From: Phaeosaccion multiseriatum | Taxonomy: Eukaryota; Protista; Ochrophyta, other classes | Direction of reading: 5' to 3' | DNA: 64,000 bases | Assembly (NCBI GenBank): GCA_965112735.1 | Contig: OZ218952.1 | Coordinates: 2,170,001-2,234,000, forward strand | Part shown: piece after piece, positions 47,546-60,951 of the stretch | Numbering within the stretch: position 1 is the first letter of the stretch | How the letters are laid out: the number at the start of each line of letters is the position of its first letter | Position numbers and translations under genes: made by a program | Notes under the pieces: generated by a model | Told to the model about the DNA's origin: nothing | Database searches by the model: none | The model's input: the letters and a program-made list of their open reading frames with translations, nothing else

Positions 47546-50500
47546 TCAAGCTACGTGTGGCGTGGTGCTGTCGAGCGTGTTGACCTCCCGTGCGTCAGGG
47601 TCCATGAGAAGCTCGGAGAAGCCCTGGCGGGACAAGAGAGAAAAGAGAAGGGCAGGGCAGGGCAGAAGGGAAAGGAAAGCGGAGGGGTGGGTGGGTGGGT
47701 TGGCTTCCACACGAGACAACAGCTAGCTTCTACCACCGCTCAATCCGGAAGGATCTTACACACTGCTCCGGACCTCAGTTTCCTGACGCTGTTAATTGTT
47801 GTCGACCCTCCCTCTCCCTCCTCAGTTCACCAGATCTCAAACCAATAATAAAAAGTCGACCCGACAATCCTAAATGTCGATCCTCCCTCTCCCCCCCCCT
47901 CCTCCCCCTCTTACCTCAAGATGCTCCTTGCCTCGAACCTCGTGGTCGAGAAGGGGCATGAGCGTAACGTGAAAGTCCTCGTAAAGATCAAAGATCTGTC
48001 CGATGTACTTGTCCTGCATCCGCTTACGGGCCATAGTCTTGCACACGATACTCCGTGCCTCCGGGCTCAACTTGGGCTCCTCCTCCTTGAACCATTGGTT
48101 GAGCTCGGTAATGTCTTTGCTGGGGAAGAGCACTTGATTCACAACGATGTTGTGCGTGTCTAGACGGGTGGGGTGGGGTGGGGTGAGGGGGGGGGGGGGG
48201 GGCAACGAGCGCAAGGAGGAGCACAGAAGCGGACAGCAGCCATTGAGGGAGAAGACATCTTAATGTACGCACGCACACAGGCACACAGGCACGCATTATG
48301 AGATGATCATTGTCATCGTTGGCCTCTGTTCCCAAAAACGTGTCTGCGCTCCACTCACTCACATGTCCACTCACCCACCCGCCCATCCACCCACCCGTCC
48401 ATCCACCCACCCATTCATTCACTCACTCCTGTACACACCCAAACACCTACCACCCCACCCACCCACCCACCCACCTATTCATACACCCACACATCAACCC
48501 CCCCCACCCACTCCCTCACGCACATACTCACCCACTCACTTACTCACTCACTTACATACCCACCCACCCACTCACCGATCTCAAACTTGGTGAGCTCCTG
48601 CACCAGCCTCTCCGTCTCGTACAGCGACAGGAACTCCGGGATGCACACGCACACGAAGGTCGTCCGGTCGGGGTCCTTGAACTGTTGGTTCACCTGTTTC
48701 GGTTCAGTTTTCCGTTTCAGAGTGTTAGAAGCTATTTGAGACCGATGCTGGTTTGTTTACCTTACAGTTACAGCTGTTTCAGTTCAGTTCAGCTACTTTA
48801 AAAGCCTACCCACAACCCCACAGCCCCACAGCCAGCCAGGCTGTGATTGTCAAGTACCACGTAGTTTGTTTGCTCGCTCACCTTGTTGATAATGTCCCTC
48901 ATCTGCTCGATCTTCTCCATGATGTCATCGGGTGAAGCCTGTATGCAATGTGGAGGGGATGTTCAGCACCCATATGGACAGACGCCGGCCGGACGGCCGG
49001 GGAAGTGCGGGGCAAGGAAGGGAGTAGCGGGAGCAACAACAGATGAAGGAAGGTGGTAGGTGAGAGGGGTGGACAGGTGGAGGGGATGAGAAAGGCCAGC
49101 AGTGGACAAGGACGATGCGCAGGACCCGATCGGAGGATGAATAAACGAATGAACGAGCGAACGTGAAGCTGCCTCCTCCTTCTTTCTCTCCTACTCAACC
49201 ACGACCACTCTACCTCTCCCGCTCCGAGCATGCCTCCGAATTGGTTCAAGATGCCTCCAAAGGTCCCCTTGAGGTTCACAAGCTTGCCAAGCGCCTTGTC
49301 CATGATGGTGGGGAAGGACAGCAGGCGCAGCGTGTGGCCCGTCGGGGCGGTGTCGAAGACGATGCAGCTGAAGTTCATCTTCTGCACCATCTTCATGAGC
49401 TCTGCGAAGGACATGGCCTCGTCCACACCAGGGATGTTGGAGTACATATCCGAGAACATGCTGTGGAGTGTGTGTGTGTGTGTAAGGGGGGGGGGGGGGG
49501 GGGAGTGATGAGTGTGTGTGCGTGTGGAGTGATGAGTGTGTGTGCGTGTGCGTGCGTGCGTGGAATGATTGCGTGTGTGGTGGTGTGTGTTGTGTGTTCA
49601 GGGAGGGGGGGGGGGGGGTTGAGAAAGAAGGACAGACCACCTGCTAACACGGACCCAACAACACCTTCGCCAGCACAGCAAGAAAACAAAGGAGACTAGT
49701 GCACAGCAAGAACGCAAACAAGCAAGCAAGACGACAGGACGACAAGACGGCTGACTGACTTTCACTTCGTGTTGCCTCTGTCTCACCTCTTGATTCCGTC
49801 TGCCACTTCGTCCGACATGCCCTCCGTGCCCGACGCCAGCTCGTCCACATCCATAGTGGGCTCCACTTCCATGCAGTAGAGGTTCTCAAAGCCGTTCACC
49901 AGAGTTGGGTCCTGCCCACAAAGGGTGAGAAGAAGGAAGACGAGACGCACAAACCAAGCGGTGCGGCGGTGTGGGGAGAGCGGATTAAAGAGAGAGGGGA
50001 GAAAGAGGATAAGGAGGAGGGAATGAAGGTCCCAACGCTTGAAGTCGAAGACGGCAAGACACGATACGCCCATCCCCCAAAGCTTGCCGTCTTTTCATTC
50101 TCCTTTGATGTGCACACACGCACCTTGCTGAACTTCTGTGAGAAGGCGTCTGACAAGTTGTGTGCAGGATCAGTGGAGATGACCAGTACGTTCTCCCTGA
50201 CTCTGGCCATCTGAAGAACGAGCAGAGGGGTGGAGGGGGAGGGGGATGCGACAACACACGGGCGAAGGGGGCGGTTGAGGAGGGGGGCGGTGAGCCGTGA
50301 ATCCACTGAGCCGAAGCGACCCACTAGATTCACTTTGGGAGGAATGGGGCGAAAGAAAGGCCGGTGCGGAGGAGTGTGCCGCAAGAAGTCACTTGGCCCT
50401 CCTCAGGCAAGCACCACGCGCCCTTCACTTGCCTGCACTGCCACACAACATGAGGTGGTAGTCTTTCCTACTCCACCCTTGCCCCCCACGAAGATCCACT

Positions 50501-50573
50501 GCAGAGACTCCTGCTCCAAGAGATTCTTGAGCGAGCTGTCCAGCACGTCATCGAGAAGCACCATATCACTCAT
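47546..50573 (-). CDS. GET3: GET3/TRC40/ASNA1 tail-anchored protein insertion ATPase
   Basis: Motifs: [104 protein letters not shown]. The first intron is GC-AG. Confidence 0.95.
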
Positions 50574-51410
50574 GGTTGCCGCGGATCACCCTGTCTGGGC
50601 GGACTTCCTCACCCTCCCTCTCGCACGCAGACTGTGGTATTCCGAGAGACGATAGTATGGAGCGTCTGGCAAGTGTCGGAGGAGGGAGAGAGGAGAGAGG
50701 CGGAGAGAGGCGTGGGAGCAGAAGACGAGATTGAGTGAGGGAGAGGAGGGGGGGAAGACCAGAGGGGGAAGCAAAGGCCTCATTTTTTGGGGGGCTCGAC
50801 AGGCAGACCTTCGCTTCATTAGCTGGTCCCTGACCAGCAAGTGTGCTTCACGTACCAGAACGCCACACTGACCTGAATAAGCTGGTGGAGCCCTATTTGT
50901 GATGTGTGATGTGCAGGGGGAAGAAGAAGTGCCCGCCTATCCTGGCGCGGAAACAGGCCCACAAGATGGTCCCGTCGGCCATACGCGTTCAAGCCACGTT
51001 TTGGAGCTCGTCCAGCGGAATAAAGCGGGTACTACCTCCTACCCCAGCAGCAGTACCAGCGGTGGAAGCAGCAGAGCAGCGGGAGCAGCAGGGCGGCGGC
51101 CGCTTGCAGGTGAACCTTTTACTCTCGCAGGGGGTTGTTCTGTACAGCCCCAGGCATTCCTGTGCAGAGGGAGGCCCTGTTTATGAAGCTTTATGAAGCG
51201 TTCTCTCCTTGAGCTGCAGTAGGAGTCGTAGAAGTAATATTAGCAGCTGGACGTAGCGGCAGCGGCAGCGGCAGCAACAGTAGCAGGTGAAGCGCACCTT
51301 TTTCGGGACGCGAACAGTGAAGATTTTTTTTACCCCACGCAGTCGGTTAAAATGCGGCCCCATTAGACCCACCAGCATCGGCTGAGGCGCGGGAGCGCTT
51401 TGAAGACATC

Positions 51411-53451
51411 ATGGATAAGAGCGGCATCTTTCGGCCGACCCAGAATGCTATGCCATCTAAGCCGGTGAGGGGAGACCATCACCTCTCCACCGGCGACGCG
51501 GCAGCGGCAGGAACAGGAACGCCTGGCAGCAGGCGCAAAAGTCCGCACCCGACCACGCCGCAAGATAGGAAGGCAGGGCGCGCTAGCCCCGTCAATGGAG
51601 CGGGAAAGCGAGAATATAAGAGTGAGTGAGGGGGGGGCGGGGAGGGAAAGGGAGAAAAAAAAAAAAAAAAAAAAAAGGAGAGGGGGAGGAGAAAAGGGAG
51701 AGTAAGGGGGGGGGGTTTGAGGGTGTACACGGCAGCCAAGTGGGGCCGATGGAGATCGCCGATGGCTTCTCCTCTATGGTTTCCCCCCCTGCTCTCGCTC
51801 ATCTGCTCTCGCTCATCATTCGTATTTCGCTTTTACTACTTTCTCTCCCTCTCTTCAAGCCCCTCTCAAACGTCGAGAGAGTGTCTGCCAGTCACTCCTA
51901 CACACGCAAGGAGCTTGTGCATTTCTCTTCCTACACCTCCTCCCGCCTCTGACGGGACCTCCTTTGCCCCCGCCTCCGTCCTTTGACACAGCACTCATCG
52001 CCAATCCTACCGTCTGCCCCTGCCCTTACCCCCCCCCCCTCGTCCCTCCTCTTTGCCACAGGTCCTACGGGGAGTCGCACTCCCAGCCCAAGCGGCTTCC
52101 AGCTTGGCCTTCAGCAGTCGTCCGCACCCCCACACGGCCGTCGCTCTCCCAGCCCAGGGCACAAGACCACACCACGGGCAGCAGCGGCAGCGGCAGCGGC
52201 AGCGGCTGCAGCTGCTGGAGGGGCCTTTTCCACCGCAGGCGGAGGAACAGCAGTAGGAGAAGGAAGCGTTGGGGGAGTGTCATTCGGTAGGGTGTCTTCT
52301 CCGGGACAGAGCAGGGGCCATGGCAGTAAATCGGGTGCCTCGCAGTCCTGTTCCTCTCCGGCAAGGGTGGTGACACAAGGAGGAGGAGGAGGAGGAGGAG
52401 GAGGAGGAGGAGGAGGAGGAGGATCCATAGGAGCGCCGCTCGGCGTCATCTCTGTCGTGAAGGACAGGTCCGCCCGGTCGATTGGGCCACGCTCCCTCTC
52501 GGCGGAAGAGCGGCAGGTGAGACGTGCGGCAGTGGGAAAGGAAGACATCACCGTCGGTTATGGCATTGCCGAGCGCACCCTTTTTCTTCAAAACAAGCGT
52601 GTCTCGGGCACTCACTCACCATACCATGCTGCCTCCTGTTGTTTTTGTTGTTGTTCTTTTTTAATCGCTTCTCCTCCGCGCAACACACACACACACACAT
52701 TCATTTTTCGCTCTGCCCTTTGTTACCCTCCCTTGTGCTTGCCTGTTGGACCCCTCCCTCCCTTGTGCTTGCCTGTTGGACCCCTCCCTCCCTTTGGTCA
52801 CATCGCCAGCTCTCTTCGTCCCTGGGCAGCACACCCTCTAGCTTCGGAGGCCGCTCCTCTCCCGCAGGCGGTCGGTCGTCTCCCTTCGGCGGTCCTTCTC
52901 CTCCCACAGGGGGGCGGTCTTCCTCTGCGGTTGGGGCTGGGTTTCTCACTCCTCCCGTCACGCCGCAAAGGCCCGCTTTCGGACAAGAGCAAAAACAAGA
53001 AGCGGGTGTCACCGATATGGTCATCAACACGGGCTACATGGGCACGGGAGTCATCAACACCACCACCCCCACCCTCCTCCCGCTCACCGACGACTGCGGC
53101 AGCGGCGGTAGCGGCCCTGGAAGCGGCAGCGATGTGACCATCATGTCCGCCAACAAGAGTGTGTGTAGCACCAACACGGGCAACACGGCCACCACCGCCG
53201 CAGGCACCACAGTAAGCGGCACGAGCAACGCCACGGGAACAGGCAGCGGCAGCACCTCCACCAACAACGTCATGAGTGATCTGGACGAGCTGTTCCTGCG
53301 CACCACGGCCATGCAGCACGAGCGGTACGACGTCGAGGACGAGGAGCTCAAGGCTATCCAGCGGCAGGTGCAGCCCCGAGTGCAGAGTCAGATCTACCTG
53401 CACGCCGCCGAGCAGGCCGAGCAGGCGGAGGTGCAGCAACAGTTGGTGGTA

Positions 53452-53484
<33 letters not shown>

Positions 53485-54503
53485 AAGCAGCAACACCAGC
53501 AGCAGCAGGCCTTGCAGTCCTCCGTGTCTGCTGCTCTGAGGACTGGAGCGGTTTCAGGAACGAGTAAGGTGGTCAGCGGCGGCGGGAGGGACAGCGGTGG
53601 TGGGAGAGGAGAGAGCGCTAGTGGCAGCAGCAGTGGCACCAACTCAGGGCGGGCCTCTCGAGAGAAGAGCCGGGGCATGATGGAGCCCATCCGAGACTCG
53701 AGCAGCACAGCAGGCGCCTCCGGAAGGGCGCTGGCCACTCCTCCTCCGCTTCGCCCCCCTGGCCCCCCCGGCGTATTCGTGACGGGCTGGTATGCCCAAC
53801 CATCCCCAACCAAGGGCGTGGCGTCTGAGACCAAATTTAGCCCACCGATGTCCGTCTGCGGCTCCTCAGTGTCTGCAGTGCCTCAGGTTAGTTGTCGTTC
53901 GTCAAGAGCAGGGGAGGGGAGGGGAGGGGAAGGAAGGCGGGACCGCGTTTGCTCATCCACCCACACACCCACAGCCCACCCACCCACCCACCCAGGCAGG
54001 AGAAAAGAGAGACCGATTCATTCATTACCCACACCCTCTGTGCTCTCTGTGCTCAGTCACAGTTTTTAATTTTAGTTTCGCCTTGTTGAGGCGGACAGCA
54101 CAGAACGCCTCTCAGCCAAAATAGAGAGAGAGAGAGAGGCGCTCTGGTCAGTCTTCCCCTCCTTCCCTTCCCTTCCCTTCTCTTCCCTTCCCTTCCCTTC
54201 TCTTCTCTTCTCTTCCCTTCCCTTCCGCCTTGAAAACACCCCACAATACTGACCACGAAGCATTGAGCACCCTGAGCATCATGTGACTGGACTTACTTGC
54301 TTACTGACTTACTAACTGACTGACTTACTGACTTTTTTTGTCTGGTGTGCGCTACGCAGCAGGTGCAGAACATGGACATGCTCGAGTTGCAAATGTTGGA
54401 GACTCAAGTGCAGCAGCGGATGAACGAGCTCAAGCTCAAGCAGCAGCAGGAGCAGCAGCAGCAGATACAGCAGCAGCAGCAAGAACAACAGGCGGTGCAG
54501 CAG

Positions 54504-54536
<33 letters not shown>

Positions 54537-56518
54537 TGGAAGGCCGGAGTGCTGTCTTCAAAGGGAGGAGCGTTCAACGACGTTGGTCGCATGGCTTCCT
54601 CTCCGCCTCAAGGCCAAGATCTCCAGCAACAGCAACAGCAGCAGCAGAAGCAAGCGAACCGCCGCGTCCTGCAGAGAGGCTCAGGCAGCAGCCGCCTCAA
54701 GCGCAGCAGCAGCACGGGCAGCGCCGCAATGGCCCGCCGACTGGGAGCGAGTGGCAATGGCGGTGCCGCGGGGCAGCAGGGAGGGGAAAACTTTGTGCGC
54801 CTCCAGCAGTTGGTGGTACAGCAGCAGCCCCTGCGCGATCCGCATGATGAGAGCATTAAGGAGCTTGAGGATTTCGTGCAGGAGCAGGTCAGTGTGTGTG
54901 CACACACACACATGCGTGCGCGTTATGTATGCCTTACTGCTGTGCCCTTTTTTCACAGAGTAGCTGAGCTGACCCTTCTCGTGCTTTTCTTTTTTTGTTT
55001 TTTTGTGTGTTTGCAGCACCGGCAGTTAATGAACAACATTAACAAAACGGACTCGCATAGAGGAGGGGCCTCCAGAGATCACGGTGCGTGCGTGCGTGCG
55101 TGGGACCGGGAGGGGGCGGGGGAAGTTCGTGGTGCGTGTGCGTTGGAGGATCAGGGAAGGGCCTTTGTTATCTTTTTTTCTGTCTTACTCACTCACTCTC
55201 ACCTTTCTTCAAGTATATGCTCAGACTGATCTTCTTTCCCGCTTGGTTTATTCTCTCTTCTCGTCTATCTGCCCCCCCCCCCCCCCCCGCGCCCCATCCA
55301 CCCTTCCCTGGTGTCAACGTGCCACAGGCAACGCCGTTTCCGGCGACGGTGGCGGCAGCTATTGCAGCAGCAACACGAGCAGCATCAGCACCGGCATCCG
55401 TCCGGGGGCCTACCTTCCGGAAGAGCGCCTATTTTCTTCCGTCTTTAATAACGTAGAGACGCTGGAGAGAGAGGGCATGTTGGGTCAGAGTCAGACCCAA
55501 TCGCAGCAACAAAGTAAGGGGGGTGCGGGCAAGGGCACCACGGCAGTCAGTGTCAGTGGAAACGGAGGTGCTGTAACGGCTGCTCCCGTCCCCATGGTGG
55601 TGGGGGATAGTATTCACGAAGGACTGGAAACCCCGTCCGTGGCGACTTCCGTGGCCAGCGAAGGCGAGCAGAGCAGCAGCTGCTATGGAGGGGGAGGGGG
55701 GGTCATGTCGTCATCCCCGAAGAGCATCATGAGCTCTACAGAGCCCTTCCTGGCCTTTGAGCAGGTTCAGCTGTCGCCGCACCACTCGGTCAATGGGGGC
55801 GGCAATGCGGCGGGTTTCGGGCATCAGCAGCAGCCGGGGCAGCAGGGGCAGCAGCATCAGCCTGCCCCCGGCTTCGTGCCTCGCGTCCGTATAGAGGCGG
55901 TGGCAGCATCGCCCAAACGAGGGTGAGTTTCCCCCCCCCCAAGGGCTTGGAGACACATGGATGGTTGCTTAGAGGGCAAGGTGGGGGGGATGGAGTGTGC
56001 GTTTTTTGTCTCACCTGCCCAGCGGTGCATGGCCGCCCCGCCCCCCTCCCCCACCCCGGCCCGCCCACCCCATGGAAGACGGGTAGACTGGGGAGTAGGA
56101 GGGCGAAGGGCTTTCTGTGGAAAATAAAAGAGGGGGGGGGGGATGTGGGTAGCAGGGACACAACAGACTAAACATGTCTCCTTGCTCAAAGACGTACGAT
56201 TTTGCCCACGATATCTGCTCATCTCTCTCCCCCCCCCCCCCTCTCTCTCCCTCTCTCTCTCTCTCTTTCTCTGTCTCTCTCTCTCTCTCCCCCTCTCTCT
56301 CTCCTCTTGTCCGCAGGAGGGGTGCCGCAGCACCAGGGACCTTCCAGGGGCCACCCATGGGCCAGCAAATCATGTTCACCTCGCCGGACCAGGGCCAGGT
56401 CATGATGAGTCTCTACAGCCCCAGGGGGTCGGCCTTTACCCCTCGGAGCAGCAACGTGTCAAGTGTGGCAGGCAGCATCACTGCAAGTAGCACCCCGAGC
56501 TCCCCCAGGCGTCGGTGA
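51411..56518 (+). CDS. Uncharacterised low-complexity (Ser/Gly/Gln-rich, largely disordered) protein, ~7 exons
   Basis: Long codon-like blocks at ~51411-51622, 52062-52600, 52810-53886, 54360-54887, 55017-55083, 55328-55922 and 56317-56518. The last three junctions are in-phase GT-AG. No recognisable domain; the 5' junctions are uncertain. Confidence 0.65.
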
Positions 56519-56727
56519 CTGATCGAACAAGACTAACAACAGACAAAGAACAAACAGCAAAACAGGACAAAAGGAAGACCAAAGGAGACGAGAGAGAGAG
56601 TGCACCACATATTATTCTTCGCACCCGTACCTAGGCTGCCATCCAAGCAAGTATCACGGTCACCCTCCTGTCGTTACGTTACCTGACATAACTGTTATCC
56701 TGCACCGCGCACACACACACGCACACA

Positions 56728-56764
<37 letters not shown>

Positions 56765-57247
56765 CCGGCACTGTAATTACGTAGTCCAAGGATGTTGAGT
56801 GTGCAATGCAGGATTATAGTTATGTCAGGTAACGTAACGACAGGAGGGTGGACCGGATCCGTCGTCAGCGTCACGGCCGTTATTGTACAAGCAATTTTTG
56901 GGCAGCGTGCCTCCCTCCCTTCCTCATCCCTGATGGACGGGCGGCGCCTCACTCCCCTCACGGGCTGGGGGCCGGGCTGGCTGCTGGCTGCTGCTGGCCG
57001 CTGCTGGCTGCTGCTGGCCGCTGCTGGCTGCTGCTGGCCGCTGCTGGCTGCTGCTGGCTGCTGGCTTCTACACTCTCACCGAGCCCCCCGCTCGAGTGTA
57101 GAGCTGTTTCTATACAGTTTATTTTACTATTTACAATGAAGCACGACATTTTTTTTCTTTTTTTTCCGTGCGGGAGGTGTCTTGAATAGCGAAAGCAGCG
57201 AGACAAATGCATCATTTTTTATTTTTTATTTTTTATTTTTCAAAGTA

Positions 57248-58794
57248 CTATAATTCATCCGACCCACCGACCCGCCCCCCCTCCTCCTCCTCCTGCTCCT
57301 CCTGCTGCTGCTTCTGCTGGTAGAGCTTCTCCAAGCTGACGCCCCCGCTGTGGCTGGTGTCACAGGCTGAAGGGGTTGCCAATACCATGGCGTATGTACA
57401 CATCTCGGGCTCCGACACGGACAGGATCTCCTCCTTCTCTGCACATCGCAGCTCCACTCGCAGGGAGCGGTGCGGCCCGTTCCAGCACTTGCTCCCGCTG
57501 GGTGTGTGGGTGTGTGTGTGTGGGTGTGTGGGTGGGTGTGTGGGTGGGTGTGGGTGCGTGTGTGTACGTGTGTATGTATGCGCGTGTGTGTGAGAGAGAG
57601 AGACAGTGAGTGAGTGAGGGAGGGCGGATAAAACCCCATCCAGACACTGCACTCGACCATCCAACACTGGGGAGGTACTGCGATAGGACCACACAACCCA
57701 CCCTAATTAAGCCAAGCAAACAAGCAGTAAGCAGGCAACAAACAAGGCAAGCAAGGCAAGCAGCAAGCAGGCAAGCAAAGAAGAACAACTCACTTCTCGA
57801 AGAGAAAGTCGTGCGGGCCCCGCAGCAGATTGTCACCGCCGCCGCCGGCAGCAGTTGGTGATACACCAGCAGGAGGCCGCAGCCCCGCCCACTTGCCGAT
57901 GAGGGTGGAGGAGGATGAAGAGGAGTCCCCTTTGCCTTTGCCACCCTCCTTCTGCTTAGCCTCACCGTATGCGCACATTTCGTACGTGTACTTTCCAACC
58001 TGTGCAGCGCACAGGAGTAAACGAGCCAGAGCAAAACAGAGTGAATGGGCAGGTGGGTGGGCTGGAACACATACTTCTCTTTGAATAGACTGCACAGCCC
58101 AAGCTACCGTACTACCCCCCCCCCCCCCCCCCTTCCCCGTCGATTGTACTATGTATGCTGTGCGCACCACTCCGAACTCAATCACTCACTCATTCACTCT
58201 CTCCCTCTCTCACTCGTTCACTCACTCACTCACTCACTCACTCACTCACTCACTCACTCACTCACTCACCTCTTTCTCTAAACACCTGTCTTTGAAGTGC
58301 AAAAACTCCCCCTCCGGTCCAAAGTCCAACCCATGCTCTCTCTGCTGCGCCTTGAGCTTGTCTGTGCTGTCCCGCGCCGCTCGCCGTGCCTTCTCCAGCA
58401 CAGAGCGGCCTTGCCTCACCCCCGGAGACGAGTACCGCCACTCCTTCATCTTCACTGGCTCCTCCTTCACTTGACCTTCAACTTCACCTGGAGGTGATGA
58501 TGTGCCTATTCTGTCGTCCTTTCTGTCTCCCTCGTCGCTTCCCTCGACACCCTCGCTTCTTGCCTCTCCTCCTCCCTCACCTCCTTCACTACTCCCCGCC
58601 CCCACCCCCTCCTCCTCCCCTTCTGCTGTGGGAATGAAGTCATCCCCCTCATGTGGATGGCCAAAGTCAGCGTCATACCCGTAGTAGTCATCATAGTAGT
58701 CGCCATACATGTCTCCAAAACCCCCTTCGTAGGTCAGGCCCTCCTCGCTATCACCCCAGTCCCCGCCCTCCTCCTCCCCCCTCCCGTCACCAAT

Positions 58795-58848
<54 letters not shown>

Positions 58849-60750
58849 AACCCTTAAGGTTCTACTTCACTCGCCTGGGTAATCAATCAGATGAATCACG
58901 CAGAGGCAAAACGGAGGGGTGACGAACCCCGAAAATACACCTTGCTCCTCACTAGAAGAAGACGCGCCAGCTTCACCCGCAATGTCGAAGTCACATCACG
59001 ATGAGTTTTGGCACTATTGGCCAAGGTCAATAAACTGAAATTATCCTATCCTCTCTCCCTGCCCCTGTCGCTGTCCCCTGTTACTGCTCTGTCTCTCTCT
59101 TACCTCTTGGGACTCTTCCTCTGCCCCCTGCGCTTGCCGAGCATCGGCCTTTACCTCCTTGATGCTCTGTTCAAAGTTCGCCACGGCCTCCTGCGTAGCC
59201 TTCCCTTCTTCTAAAGCCTGTACAAGGGCGAGAAGGTGCACCTCCACATCGCCTCCTCCTCCTCCTCCTCCTCCTCCTCCCTCGGCCTCTGCCGGCTTGT
59301 CGGTCGCTGAAGCCGCCACATCCACGGCCAAGTTGTGCAGTACCTCTGCAGGGAGAGAGGCAAGGTGCGTAGCCTGTGAGGAGGAGGGGAGGGAGGGACA
59401 CGGGGGAGCGGGAGGGCCCAGGCACACAGGCACAGACAGACACAGGGGAGAGTGTGTGCATGTGTGTCAGCGCAGCTCACAGGGGGGGGCAGGGCAGGGC
59501 ACATCATCCAAGTCAGTCATACTCACAGGATGGCAGGGGCGTCTATACAATCAACATTATCATCTGCGAGGTACGATGCGAGCTTGACAGGCCCAAAACG
59601 TCCGTCCCTCTCACTCTGACTCCCTCCCTCCATTCATTCATTCATTCACTCACTCACTCACCCCAAGGGCATTCGCCACCACATCCCTCGCAGCCCCAAG
59701 TCTCTTCTCGGTCTCCTCCTCCTCCTTGCCCTCCTCCTCTCTCAGCCATTGCTGCGCCGCCTCTGTCCGCTGCTCGCTCTCCTCAGCCTCCCGTAGCAGG
59801 GCCTGAAGAGTGTCTTCCATGGCGTCTCTCGTGACCCGCCCTGCCTCTAGCAGGAGCTGCTTGGCCTGAGCGCCCTTGGTGAGAGTCCCAAGCATGTGAG
59901 CATTGAGCCGGGCAAACTCCTCCTGCTCTGCTGCACACGTCTTGGGGCAGGCAACGACGGCGCTGTCCTTTAGATGTTCTTGCCCTCCTCCGGACCCCAC
60001 CCTTTCATCCGCCTCGTCGCTCCCGTCGCAGCAATCACACACGCCGTCACGGACCTAGGGAGCGAAGCAATACATGCATGTAATCGGAAGCGACAAAGAG
60101 CAAGAAAGGAAGGATCTTGGTGAGAAAGGAGTGCACAAAAGCCCTCTACACTCTGGTGAGTCATCCCCGTGTGAGAGTGGTGTAGTACGTGGGCAGCATA
60201 ATGGACATATGACACTCACTCACTCACTCACTCACTTACTTTAGAGCTGGGAATCTGCACGGGCTTGGACCCCGTGTTGACGCAATAGAAGCTTCCGGCC
60301 GGGCTGCAAGCCGATGTGCCTGGCTCGTCACTCCCGTCGGCGCAATCGCAATAGTCGTCGTTGACAGAGGACCAGGGTAGTGTCGCTGGCGGCTGACCAC
60401 CTTCACCGCTGATGCATGTGAAGGTGCCACCGACAGCTCCTTCTGCTGCCGAGTAATAGTGGTGGGCCGCCTCCACGCCAACACCCGCCACTGGAGGAAC
60501 AAAGGAGGGCTGCTTCTGCTTCTGCGGCTCCTGCTTCACAAGTTCGTATGTCACAGGGCAGGCAAGGAAGGATGATGAACGAGGAGAGCAGAAAGCGATG
60601 AGGGAGGAGAAATTCTTGTGTGGGTAGTGTGCTCACCTCCTTCGGCCAGCCGAACTTCAGACCTCCTAATTGCGGCACCTCCGCGGCGCCACAAAGACAC
60701 ACCAGCAGCACAACGTTCTTCCGCATCTTCCCTGGGCGTTTGTGCCTCAT
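57248..60750 (-). CDS. PRKCSH: Glucosidase II beta subunit (PRKCSH-like)
   Basis: Signal-like [11 protein letters not shown], then [20 protein letters not shown] and [14 protein letters not shown], an acidic coiled region, the MRH domain (DFGPEGEF...KYTYEMC...[18 protein letters not shown]...[10 protein letters not shown]) and a C-terminal SDEL* ER-retention signal. Confidence 0.93.
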
Positions 60751-60951
60751 GGCTGCACTAAGGCGAGAGAGAGCGGGGGCACACACGCCTTTACTCAGAT
60801 TGGCGAACCGACCCGTTGACTTATTTTTTCATCCTCGGCCTCCGGATCGCCACGGCCTCATCGATCTTGGGGAAGAAAGAGAGGGGACGGAGGCGAGTAG
60901 CAAGAGTAGTCCGCTTAGTGAACTGGTGGCCCATGGGCCGGTCAAGACGCA

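Noticed and set aside
50880-51180. Coding-like fragment between GET3 and the orphan gene
   Set aside because: Short frames with an internal stop and no recognisable motif.
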